Assembly: GCA_965240325.2 (NCBI GenBank)
Contig: OZ251241.1
Coordinates: 868,001 to 932,000, forward strand
Source: Rebecca billardiae RCC1528
Lineage: Eukaryota; Protista; Haptophyta
Direction: 5' to 3'
DNA length: 64,000 nucleotides
The position numbers were made by a program, and so were the translations under genes. Below the pieces are notes generated by a model. It ran no database searches. It saw only the letters and a list, made by a program, of their open reading frames with translations, and had not been told where the DNA came from. How positions within the stretch are numbered: position 1 is the first letter of the stretch; the number at the start of each line of letters is the position of its first letter. Shown here in pieces: positions 12,627 to 23,800 of the stretch.

Positions 12627-14528
12627 ATGCCGCCCGCCTGGGCGGTGCTCGTGCATCGGCACGCGTTCGCGCGCTGGCGGCGGCGCGCGGACGCGCTGCA
12701 CGCGCTCGACGCCGCGTTTCGCCGGCGCGCCGCTGCGCACTCCTTCGTGCACGCGCGCTTCGTCGTGCACACGTGGCTGCGCCAGGGCTTCGACGCGGGC
12801 AAGCTGCGCGCGCGCTCGTGGCGCGTCTGGCGCATGCTCACGTCCAAGGAGCGCGCCGAGCGCCGGGAGGCGGACATCTCGGCGGTGTCGAGGCTGCGCA
12901 TGCGACGCGCCGTCGAGCGCGCGCGCGCCCGCCGGGCCGCGCAGCGGGCCCGCGCCCTCGCGCTCGCGCGCTCCTTGCGAGAGGCCGCGCGCGCACGGCG
13001 GCAGTGCGGTCGCGCAATGCGCGCACTCTCGCTGGCTGCGGCGCACGCGCAGATGCTCGGGCTGTTCATCGTGCGTGGCCGCCGGCTCCGGCTCGTTCGG
13101 ACGCTTGGGGCGCTCGTCTGGCACTCCGCCGCCGCGCGCGCCGCCGCTGCAGCCCGCCGGCACGCGCGTCGGCTCGCCTCCGGCCGGCGGCTTCTCACCG
13201 CCATGCTGTGCTCAGTGTGGCAGGGGCGCGTGCGCGCCGCAGCCGCGGCCGTCGCCGACGCGTCGTGCGCGCGGGCGCGAGTCGCGCGAGGCCTCGCGAG
13301 CTGGCGCTCGGGGCACGCGTCTGGCGCGGCGGCGGCCCGCGCGGGGCACGCCGCGTGCGCAGCGGTGCGCGCCGTGACGCAGCTTCGGGCGCTCGGCCGG
13401 CTCAAAGCGCATGCCGGCCATCGCCGGTGTGAGCGCGCGGCACTGCGCAAGGTGCGCACGGCGCACGTGCTGCGTGGTCTCCGAGCCTGCCTCGCGCACT
13501 GTCAGCGCCGCCGGCGGCGCTCGGTGCACACCGCAGCCGTCGTGTGTGCAAGGCTCGGCCGAGCGCTGCGCGCGTGGCGGCAGCGGCGCCGCCACCAGAT
13601 CAGGCGCCGCCCTGCGCCCGGCGTCCGAACGCTCACGGCGCGTGCACGAGGGCGCGCGGGCCGGCGTGCGCTCGCCACCTGGCGCGCACTCTCCGCCGCG
13701 CCCTCCCGCGCCGGCGCGTTGCGCTCGCGCCTGCGCGCGCGCGCGCTGCTCGCGGCGACGCAGCAGTGGGCGCGCGCATACGAACGGGCGCTCATCGCGC
13801 TGGTTGGGAGGCGCGCGGCGCGCGCGGCGCGCGCGGCGCGCGCGGCGGCGCGCTTGCGCGCGTGGCACGCGCTGGCGCTGATGGAGTGGTGCGCGCGGGG
13901 TCGGGCGGCGGCGGCGCTCCGACGCGCCGCCACGGCTGCGCTGCACCACTGGAGCCGGGTGTGGGACGCGCGCCGGCGGCGGCACGTCTGCGCCGCCCTG
14001 TTCCCCGTGCTACTGAACGCGCGCGCGGGGCGCTCCGCCTCGGCAGCCAACGCACGCGGGTGCCCTTGCGACGCCGCGGTGGCCGAGGCGGAGCGGCTGG
14101 CCGCACGCGCACTCGGGATCTCGGCATCGGCGGCCGTTCGGCTCGTTCCGGCGCAGACGGCGACCGGCTCGTCCCACGACGGGCCAGCTGGCGCCGACCA
14201 GGCTGTGCGCAAGGGGCGGCAGCCAAAGCTGGCATCACCACAACAGCACGGTGACGGCGACGGCGGGCGAGTGCGCCGCGATCGCTGTGGGCTTGGCTCT
14301 GAGCGCAGTGGAGCAGGAGCATCATCCGCCACGATCGGCATCAGCCGTCGCGACGAAGCGTATCACAGGCCTTGTGGTTGCTGCCATCATCACGACGCCG
14401 ACGGTGGGCGGGCGTCATTGGTGCGCCCAGCAATCATGCCAATGATGACGACGACACTGAGCAGCAGGACGACTGCAGCAAATGATGACGTGCCGTTCTC
14501 CACGCCGCCGCTGTCGCACGCTCTCTAG
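12627..14528 (+). CDS. Sfi1-like (centrin-binding repeat) Arg/Ala/Trp-rich helical protein
   Basis: Recurring L/F-x-x-W-R/K/H motifs (AFARWRR, SWRVWR, GLASWR, ALRAWR, ALATWR, RLRAWH, ALHHWS) resemble the Sfi1 repeat consensus. The start codon is uncertain. Confidence 0.55.
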   Translation: MPPAWAVLVHRHAFARWRRRADALHALDAAFRRRAAAHSFVHARFVVHTWLRQGFDAGKLRARSWRVWRMLTSKERAERREADISAVSRLRMRRAVERARARRAAQRARALALARSLREAARARRQCGRAMRALSLAAAHAQMLGLFIVRGRRLRLVRTLGALVWHSAAARAAAAARRHARRLASGRRLLTAMLCSVWQGRVRAAAAAVADASCARARVARGLASWRSGHASGAAAARAGHAACAAVRAVTQLRALGRLKAHAGHRRCERAALRKVRTAHVLRGLRACLAHCQRRRRRSVHTAAVVCARLGRALRAWRQRRRHQIRRRPAPGVRTLTARARGRAGRRALATWRALSAAPSRAGALRSRLRARALLAATQQWARAYERALIALVGRRAARAARAARAAARLRAWHALALMEWCARGRAAAALRRAATAALHHWSRVWDARRRRHVCAALFPVLLNARAGRSASAANARGCPCDAAVAEAERLAARALGISASAAVRLVPAQTATGSSHDGPAGADQAVRKGRQPKLASPQQHGDGDGGRVRRDRCGLGSERSGAGASSATIGISRRDEAYHRPCGCCHHHDADGGRASLVRPAIMPMMTTTLSSRTTAANDDVPFSTPPLSHAL

Positions 14529-14799
14529 TCTACTCCGTAGACCGTACTCGTCGTCGTGAACCGTGTTCTCTCCGGATGGCGCAGGCGCGTCTGCCAGCGT
14601 GTCTCACTGTGGCTCCGTCGGAATGACTCTCGATGATACGCATACGGCGGTAATGGCACTTATAATATTGGCAGCATACTGACGGCGTATAGCTAGTGAT
14701 ACGGTCCGACTCCGCCGGCGTCATTACCGACGATGCCTACGGTAGTAGCCAGTAGGATAGGCGGCACTCATTGAGTCCCTGGCGCGGGGTGGGCCAGTG

Positions 14800-15700
14800 G
14801 GTGGGCAGTCGTGTCGTTTCAAGCCATCATCCAAGGGCAGGGGGCTGTCTTGCTGAGCTTGACTCGGAGCAGAAGGCCTCAGCCTGCGCCTGGGGGCTGC
14901 AATAAGGGGCCTGGTAGAGCCAGCAGGTGGCTGTGTGGCCTGTGGGCCAGTCTCCGACTGTGCAAGGCCGTTGTGAGCTCCGTTAGGCCAGTGTGACTGC
15001 CCGCAGCTGGGTCTGCCTCAGGCTCAGGGCCCCCGAATGTGTCAACACATTGTCCGACGGACGCACATCGCGGCGAGCCATTGGGGAGTGGCAGATTGGA
15101 GCGGCCATATGCCCACAAGAGGTGTGGCAGGCTGCAGAGACCACGCAATCACCATAGGGAGGGGGAGAGCACGCTGTAGACAAGGGCCTTGCTGTAGAGG
15201 CCATGCCCGCAAGAGTACGTAGCTGAGGGTGCACGTGGTGACCACCCGCCACGAGCTGCTGCAGGTTGGCCTGCCCTGCTCCCGCCTGCCAGCCCTGGGC
15301 AGGGGGTTGCTGCTGGATGACAGGTGGCCCTTGCAGCTGATTATCCATGGCAATCGCCCCTCCGGGCCCTGCCTAGTGCCTGTGCCTGTGGGGGCGGGGC
15401 TGCCCCCTGGGCCGTGCCCAGGCGGCGGCCGAAGCTCCCTGGCATGTCTGAGGAGACGCCCTGCCTCTGTGACAGCTGGGTGTCCACTTCCTTGCGGGCC
15501 TGCATGATCGATGATGCCTAGCCCTGCCTTCATTAAGGCCACGTGCATGGTCCTGCCGAGATGCACGTTGCCCCCCACAATGAGCTTCAGTGTGCTGGGC
15601 ACCCTGCCCGCCCATGAGCCATGAGGGCAGCCCCAGAACACACGTGCCGCGCCAAGTTCCATGGCCATGCATGCTGCAGCCTGTCCCTGCATGAAGGGCT
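14800..15700. mobile_element. CpG-depleted degenerate repeat/TE relic
   Basis: GC-rich but with only ~1-4 CG per 60 nt and an excess of TG/CA, unlike the CG-saturated flanking genes. Reading frames are broken, and a (TA)n tract bounds it on the right. Confidence 0.45.
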
Positions 15701-15701
15701 C

Positions 15702-15704
<3 letters not shown>

Positions 15705-15762
<58 letters not shown>

Positions 15763-15778
15763 TATATACATATATATG
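15705..15778. repeat. (TA)n microsatellite (a poly-G run follows at ~15944-15964)
   Basis: Directly visible. Confidence 0.95.
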
Positions 15779-18454
15779 CGCCCGGGGGCACGCGCACGCG
15801 GGGGCGCTGCATACGACGACTACTTCGAGACGACGGCTGACGACGCGTGGCACCGCGACCACCGCGGTGGCGCGCGCGCGTCGACGCCAGACAGACGGTG
15901 CGTCGAGCTTCCGCTCGGCGATGGAGTGATGGGCGACTACGAGGGGGGGGGGGGGGGGGGGGGGACGACGGCGAGGAGCGCTGATCCTGGTGTTTGTCTC
16001 TGCTGCTCGATCTGATGCCGCTACAGCTTGCTGACTTTGACGCCTGCCCGTTGCATACCACGTCGTTAATATATATATATATGCGATATGCATGCTTCTG
16101 GCCGCAGCCACTCGGTAGGCATCGAGCTCAGGGCACTCGGAGAAGAGGTGGTGCTCAGTACTTCAGGCGCGCTGGATGTATCAGTGTAGCATGATCACAT
16201 AGGGGGCAAGCAAGCATCGCTATAAATAAATCGTAAATATGCAGCCCCCGACTGGAATCGCACAGAGAACAACGACGTCGGGTCTCGCAGGGCAGCCGGC
16301 TGTAGGAACTCATATCCATGGTGGAGTATGTAGTACTGAGTCACTAGTAGGCAGGCACTGTGCTGGCAGCAGGTCCGTAAGACGCCTGTGGAGGCCTCTG
16401 GCCACACGCGCCAGTCCATTCACATACCAAGTCACAGCTGGACTTGGCGCCGGCGCCCGGTGACTTGCAGGTGGGCTGCCCCGTAGCTTTGTGACAGCAC
16501 ACGGTCATACAAGAGGGGGCCGGCGGACATCGCGATCTGAATTCTGATATATTCTGATGCTGCACTGCTCGGCCATCAATGAATCGTATAGTTACTAGAT
16601 GATGATGGCCCGCGGTGCAGGGCGGAGCGCGGCAGCGTGGAGCCCGCAGTACGGGCCCTAAGGCCTAACCACGTTTCAAATTTTCAAAATAAAGTTAATA
16701 AAGAGCTTTGATCAAGAAAAAAGGGACGGGGGACGAATTTCAGGGCTGGAGGAGACCGAGTTTCGAATTTTGAGATCGCATAGAGGTATCCATTACTCAT
16801 TAGCGAGAAAAGGTCGCGCCCGGCTTGTTTGTATTCAGAGGAATCAATCAACGAAACCCACGCCCAAGTGTCCGAAAGTGGCGGTATAAATAATTCGGTG
16901 GGTAGACTCTCGTTCATGTGTGACCGTAGTATATAACTGAAAGACAATGGCCTCGCCGCCGCAAGAACGACTCTCACCAACTCCAATAGTGCGTGCGACG
17001 AGACATTGAAAAATACCGCCCGCAGCTATTCGTTGCCAGCCCATTTCATATGACATATTCACTGAGCTCAAAACCTATCACCATTCTGCATTCACCGGCC
17101 GCGTCGTCGCCCGCCGCGGGTCGATCGGTAGGTTTTGAGCCCGCTGAATGAAAAGCCGGCTCAGCAAGCCGAGGGGCTGCCTCGGCGCCTAGCCTCGCGA
17201 CAGGCGCCGCTCGCCGAGCGGCGGCCGCTGCGCACGAGGCTGCGTCGGCAGTTCATTCAATCCGACGGACTCAGCGCAGGTGCGCGCGGCTGCGGCGCGG
17301 GTCCCGACGGTCATGTCGGCGTCGCTTTCGTGCCCCGCTCACCCCGCGCGCCCCGCCCTGCCGATGGCCCCTTCGGCCCAGTGCGGGTTCCTCGTCGCAG
17401 TCGTCGCGGACGGCTCGTGCAGTCCGTGCTTGACTCGTTCGTGTGTGATGATATTCTCAATTTATTCTGGGTGCGAAAGCGCGTGGCGCGTGGGAGCGAG
17501 GCGCGTTTCTAATCGCTGTGTTTCCAGCCGACCATGCGCGCGCCCGCGCGCGCCACGCCGCGCGCCACGCCGCACGCCGCGCAGCTGAACAAGTCGCGAG
17601 GACGAGTTTTTTTTCAGCTTCTTCACTCCGTGACGGACTAGTCCGTGCCGCGCCTCGGATCTGATGGTGCCTCTGGTGGAGCCCAGGGTTCGCCTGATCC
17701 AGTCGGCGTGGTGCGAGCGGGTAGTCTTGGCCGTTATTCTGTCGGGATGTGGAGCAGCCACCCCGGCCATCTCGCTTGCCCAAGCCCTCGCTCGCGCCGT
17801 CCACGGCCGAGCTGTGATGGCCGTCCGCGTGCCGGCTGTGGCTTGCACCGCGTGTGAGCCGGCCTCTAGCTGCGCTTGAATGAAGGCGCGGCAAGCAGCG
17901 CGCGCAGATCTGCGGGCGACGAGGCTGGGCGAATCCTCGCAGCACGAGCTGGACCGCGCGCACATATCTATTTTGCTCTCGTCCGCCCGTCTCGAGTCTT
18001 CACTGCTTCGGACTCGGGCGCATCGAGGGGCTCCGCGCGCTGACCGTGGGGCCGTGGGCGTGTGAGTCCCGGAGCCAGTCGGAGCGGCTCTGGCGCTCAC
18101 GATGGATGCCTGACTGCCTGACACAGAGAGCCACAGGCTGATCTGCGAGCGGCGAGTCCGCGACGATGGCGAGGTGGCATATGCTACGGGCGACGCCGTG
18201 CTCCCCTCTCGCCCTCAGTCCGACACCGCCGCGCCGGCGGCCGCGACCGGCGGGCTGCGCGCACGGCGGCCCTTGTAGTAAGTATAGATAGCTTAGTAGT
18301 TGTACTCACGCATCACTTGGCATCGACGCGGCGGCGAGGCTGCAGTGTGCCGTGACGGAGCGGGTGGCACAGCTGCACCGCGGGCCCCCAACTACGTTGG
18401 TTCTGACGGAAGAGGACCGCGGAACGCGGTCATATTATGCCTCGTCGCTCTCGG

Positions 18455-20038
18455 CTAGTACGACGTGCGCTGCCGCTTGCTCGTGCTTTCGCCACGCTGC
18501 TGCTCTGGTGGCTGCGCACCAACGACGCCCATCGCCACGGCCTGCATCAGCATGCACGCCTCGAGCGGATCCTCGCGCATGAACGCACTCCAACGCGCCT
18601 GGCTCACAATCGCCTGCAAGTTGGCCTTCACCACACCGCGCGCTGCCTCGCTGATCCGAGAGCCAGCTCCCGCCGCGCGCGTGTGCCGCAGGATGTCCAG
18701 GCAGTTGTCCGCGTCCAGCACACCCAGCACCGCCTCCTCGCACCGACCCGCCACGAGGCCCAGCAGGTCACCGCCAGCGCGCGCAGAGGCCACCTCGGCT
18801 GCGTCTGGCCCAGAAAGCAGTGCGCCTTGCGCGCTCCCAGCAGCACCCTCGCCGGGCGGCTGCAGCTTGCACGCCAGCCGAAGCAGCTCGAGCACCTCGC
18901 CCGGCTCGGTGGGCAGCTCGGCGCGACCACCCGCGTGTAGCTGGCGCAGCAGCGCCTCGAGCGCCGCCGAGCTGAAGTCCGGGTCGGCGTCCACCTCGCG
19001 CCGGCTGCCCTCGGCCAGGCCGCCGCCCAGCTGCCGCGCAAAGTAGCTCGAGCTGTGAATCAGAAGCGCGCGGCTGCCGCCCAGCTGCGTGCCGTCCGCG
19101 CAGCGGAACACGACGTCGTGCCGCGCGGCTGACGGCTCGCTCACCAACACCGACTGCGAGAGCAGCTGCTCGTGCGACGCGCGCAGCTCGTCGACCTCCT
19201 GCGCCAGCCGGGCGCACTGCGCGCCCGCCGAGCCCAGCGCGCGCTCACAGCACGCGTCGTCACGCACGAGCTTCTTCGCAGCCTGCATGCATGGGTTCCC
19301 GCTGTCTTGGTGCGCACGACGCAGCAGCGCGCCCACAGCCTGCTCGTTGCTCGCCATCGCCGCACGGCCGGCGGCCGAGCTGGTGAGGGCAATGATCGCA
19401 CGCTGTGCCCACGTTTGAGTGTTGCTGTCGGCTGAGCACACCGCTGAAGCGAGCGGAGGGATGGCGCCAGCCTCGACGATTGGCGCGCAGAGCGAGTCTG
19501 ACCTGGCGAGGTTGCGGAGAGCACCCATTGCATTGCACAGAGCCTCCGCATCGGTGCTGGACTTGAGCAGCGCGACGAGCGGTGCGATCGCACCAGCGTC
19601 GGCGATCGATGCGCGGAGCGGGGGATGGCGAGTGAGATTGGCGAGAGCGCCCGTCGCTTCCTTGTGCGACCCTTCAGCATCGGTCGTCTGCAGCATGGCC
19701 ACGAGGGGCTGCACGGCGCCAGCCTGTGACACGCAGCCAGGGAGATTGTACGCAATCATCGTAAGAGCTGCCGCCGCAGCTGCCCGAACGCTTGCTTCGC
19801 GTGATCCTCCCAGCATGCGCACGAGGGTTGCGACCGAGCCGCCTCGCTCGATTGCATCGGGCTCTTCGAGCTTGCGGCCCATCCACGGAACGCAAAACGG
19901 CGTGAGGGCGCTCACGATGGCCTCGTCATCACGTGGCGTCGCCTCGAGCGCGCGCACGAGGTCAGAGAGCGTGGTGGGGCCGATGACCGCCGAGGCGAGT
20001 GCCCCAGCGCGAGCCACGGCCTCCTGGACAAATCCCAT
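18455..20038 (-). CDS. ARM-repeat + BTB/POZ-BACK protein, copy 1 (527 aa; 1 core 42-aa repeat)
   Basis: ATG (MGFVQEAV) at 20038. ARM consensus IADAGAIAPLVALLKS...AMGALRNLA. BTB motif HDVVFRCADG...SRALLIHSSSYF...LEALLRQLH. BACK/3-box-like RCEEAV...DNCLDILRH. C-terminal basic motif SKRQRT. Confidence 0.88.
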   Translation of the reverse strand: MGFVQEAVARAGALASAVIGPTTLSDLVRALEATPRDDEAIVSALTPFCVPWMGRKLEEPDAIERGGSVATLVRMLGGSREASVRAAAAAALTMIAYNLPGCVSQAGAVQPLVAMLQTTDAEGSHKEATGALANLTRHPPLRASIADAGAIAPLVALLKSSTDAEALCNAMGALRNLARSDSLCAPIVEAGAIPPLASAVCSADSNTQTWAQRAIIALTSSAAGRAAMASNEQAVGALLRRAHQDSGNPCMQAAKKLVRDDACCERALGSAGAQCARLAQEVDELRASHEQLLSQSVLVSEPSAARHDVVFRCADGTQLGGSRALLIHSSSYFARQLGGGLAEGSRREVDADPDFSSAALEALLRQLHAGGRAELPTEPGEVLELLRLACKLQPPGEGAAGSAQGALLSGPDAAEVASARAGGDLLGLVAGRCEEAVLGVLDADNCLDILRHTRAAGAGSRISEAARGVVKANLQAIVSQARWSAFMREDPLEACMLMQAVAMGVVGAQPPEQQRGESTSKRQRTSY

Positions 20039-20815
20039 GCGGCCGTCGCTGGGCAGCCGCTCGTCGCCGCTCGATCGACAAGCGCTCGATCGACGACAAG
20101 CGTGAGCGCCGCAGCCAACCGTCGTCTTCACCGGAGCCCTCCCCGGCCCGGACTCTGGGCGAACTCGGAGAACGGTCACTCCACGGCCGGAGAAGCAGCG
20201 CGATGGCGGGTTGGAGTTCGAGGACGGCAGCCCGTCTCTCTGACCCGATGCATGGCGAAGCCTTCGCCGCCCGGCCCTTGCGCTGGCAGTAAGCCGCTAT
20301 CTAGTTAGTGAGTAGCTGATGCAGCCACCGGGACCGCGCGCAGGTGGTCAGTGCCCGTGCCGTATCAGGTCCGAACCAGCTGCAGGCCGAACGGTCGAAG
20401 CACTGGGTCAAGAACTGACGACGTTCACAGCGGGAGTGTGGCGGCAGTGAGCACCAAGCTACTACTACGTGAACAACTTTCTCCAGGATATGCCTCGTGA
20501 TGGCGGAGCACTCTCGACTCTGCGTCAGGTGTACTGTCACCACGCCCAGGGCCTGGCACCGCCCGTTCTGATCATCACCCTTCGTCCTCGATAGTCGTCG
20601 ATCTGCACTTAGTCGATCGTTCGACGTCTTCGACGACGCCTCAGTCATCGTCCTTGAAACGTGTTACGCAACAATTATTGTCGTCGCATCGAAAGCCTCA
20701 TCATGCGACGAGATGAATCCTCAAGCCAGTACGAGTGCGCACCTGTAATCGGAATCGTCGGACATCGATCTAACTGATGAGGCTCTGCGCCGCGGCCAGT
20801 GACGCTGCGCTCTGA

Positions 20816-23800
20816 TCACGACGTGCGCTGCCGCTTGCTCGTGCTTTCGCCACGCTGCTGCTCTGGCGGCTGCGCACCAACGACGTCCATCGCCACGGCC
20901 TGCATCAGCATGCACGCCCCGAGCGGATCCTCGCGCATGAACGCACTCCAACGCGCCTGGCTCACAATCGCCTGCAAGTTGGCCTTCACCACACCGCGCG
21001 CTGCCTCGCTTATCTGAGAGCCAGCTCCCGCCGCGCGCGCGTGCCGCAGGATGTCCAGGCAGTTGTCCGCGTCCAGCACGCCCAGCACCGCCTCCTCGCA
21101 CCGACCCGCCACGAGGCCCAGCAGGTCACCGCCAGCGCGCGCAGAGGCCGCCTCGGCTGCGTCTGGCCCAGAAAGCAGTGCGCCTTGCGCGCTCCCAGCA
21201 GCACCCTTGCCGGGCGGCTGCAGCTTGCACGCCAGCCGAAGCAGCTCGAGCACCTCGCCCGGCTCGGTGGGCAGCTCGGCGCGACCACCCGCGTGTAGCT
21301 GGCGCAGCAGCGCCTCGAGCGCCGCCGAGCTGAAGTCCGGGTCGGCGTCCACCTCGCGCCGGCTGCCCTCGGCCAGGCCGCCGCCCAGCTGCCGCGCAAA
21401 GTAGCTCGAGCTGTGGATCAGAAGCGCGCGGCTGCCGCCCAGCTGCGTGCCGTCCGCACAGCGGAACACGACGTCGTGCCGCGCGGCTGACGGCTCGCTC
21501 ACCAACACCGACTGCGAGAGCAGCTGCTCGTGCGACGCGCGCAGCTCGTCGACCTCCTGCGCCAGCCGGGCGCACTGCGCGCCCGCCGAGCCCAGCGCGC
21601 GCTCACAGCACGCGTCGTCACGCACGAGCTTCTTCGCAGCCTGCATGCAGGCGTCCCCGCTGTCTTGGTGCGCACGACGCAGCAGCGCGCCCACAGCCTG
21701 CTCGTTGCTCGCCATCGCCGCACGGCCGGCGGCCGAGCTGGTGAGGGCATTGATCGCACGCTGTGCCCACGTTTGAGTGTTGCTGTCGGCTGAGTACGCC
21801 GCTGACGCGAGCGGAGGGATGGCGCCAGCCTCGACGATCGATGCGCAGAGCGAGTCTGACACGGCAAGGTTGGCGAGAGCGAGCGCTGCACTGCCCAGAG
21901 CGTGCGCATCGGTGCTGGACTTGAGCAGCGCGACGAGCGGTGTGATCGCGCCAGCCTCGGCGATCGGTGTGCGGAGCGGGGGATCACAAGCAAGGCTGAA
22001 GAGAGCACCCGCTGCATTGCCCAGAGTGTTCGCATCGGTGCTGGACTTGAGCAGCGCGACGAGCGGCGAGATTGCGCCAGCCTCGGCGATCGGTGCACGA
22101 AGCGAGTGATCGCAAGCAAGGCTCCAGAGAGCACTCGCTGCATTGCCCAGAGTGTTCGCATCGGTGCTGGACTTGAGCAGCGCGACGAGCGGTGTGATCG
22201 CGCCAGCCTCGGCGATCGGTGCGCGGAGCGGGGGATCACAAGCAAGGCTGAAGAGAGCACTCGCTGCATTGCGCAGAGCCCTCGAATCGGTGCTGGACTT
22301 TAGCAGCGCGACGAGCGGTGCGATCGCGCCAGCCTCGGCGATCGGTGCGCGGAGCGGGGGATCACAAGCAAGGCTGAAGACAGCACTCGCTGCATTGCGC
22401 AGAGCCCTCGAATCGGTGCTGGACTTTAGCAGCGCGACGAGCGGTGCGATCGCACCAGCCTCGACGATTGGCGCGCGGAGCGAGTCTGACTGGGCGAGGT
22501 TGGCGAGAGCGAGCGCTGCACTGCCCAGAGCGTGCGCATCGGTGCTGGACTTGAGCAGCGCGACGAGCGGTGTGATCGCGCCAGCCTCGGCGATCGGTGT
22601 GCGGAGCGGGGGATCACAAGCAAAGCTGAAGAGAGCACCCGCTGCCTTGCCCAGAGTGTTCGCATCGGTGCTGGACTTGAGCAGCGCGACGAGCGGCGAG
22701 ATTGCGCCAGCCTCGGCGATCGGTGCACGAAGCGAGTGATCGCAAGCAAGGCTCCAGAGAGCACTCGCTGCATTGCCCAGAGTGTTCGCATCGGTGCTGG
22801 ACTTGAGCAGCGCGACGAGCGGTGTGATCGCGCCAGCCTCGGCGATCGGTGCGCGGAGCGGGGGATCACAAGCAAGGCTGAAGAGAGCACTCGCTGCATT
22901 GCGCAGAGCCCTCGAATCGGTGCTGGACTTTAGCAGCGCGACGAGCGGTGCGATCGCGCCAGCCTCGGCGATCGGTGCGCGGAGCGGGGGATCACAAGCA
23001 AGGCTGAAGAGAGCACTCGCTGCATTGCGCAGAGCCCTCGAATCGGTGCTGGACTTTAGCAGCGCGACGAGCGGTGCGATCGCACCAGCCTCGACGATTG
23101 GCGCGCGGAGCGAGTCTGACTGGGCGAGGTTGGCGAGAGCGAGCGCTGCACTGCCCAGAGCGTGCGCATCGGTGCTGGACTTGAGCAGCGCGACGAGCGG
23201 TGTGATCGCGCCAGCCTCGGCGATCGGTGTGCGGAGCGGGGGATCACAAGCAAAGCTGAAGAGAGCACCCGCTGCCTTGCCCAGAGTGTTCGCATCGGTG
23301 CTGGACTTGAGCAGCGCGACGAGCGGCGAGATTGCGCCAGCCTCGGCGATCGGTGCACGAAGCGAGTGATCGCAAGCAAGGCTCCAGAGAGCACTCGCTG
23401 CATTGCCCAGAGTGTTCGCATCGGTGCTGGACTTGAGCAGCGCGACGAGCGGTGCGATCGCACCAGCCTCGGCGATCGGTGCGCGGAGTGAGTCTGACCT
23501 GGCGAGGTTGCAGAGAGCACCCATTGCATTGCACAGAGCCTCCGCATCGGTGCTGGACTTGAGCAGCGCGACGAGTGGAGGGATGGCGCCCGCCTCGACG
23601 ATTGGCGCGCAGAGCGAGTCTGACCTGGCGAGGTTGCCGAGAGCACCCGCTGCATTGCCCAGAGTGTTCGCATCGGTGCTGGACGTCAGCAGCGCGACGA
23701 GTGGAGGGATGGCGCCAGCTTCGACGATCGGTGCGCAGAGCGAGTCTGACACGGCAAGGTTGGCGAGAGCGAGCGCTGCACTGCCCAGAGCGTGCGCATC

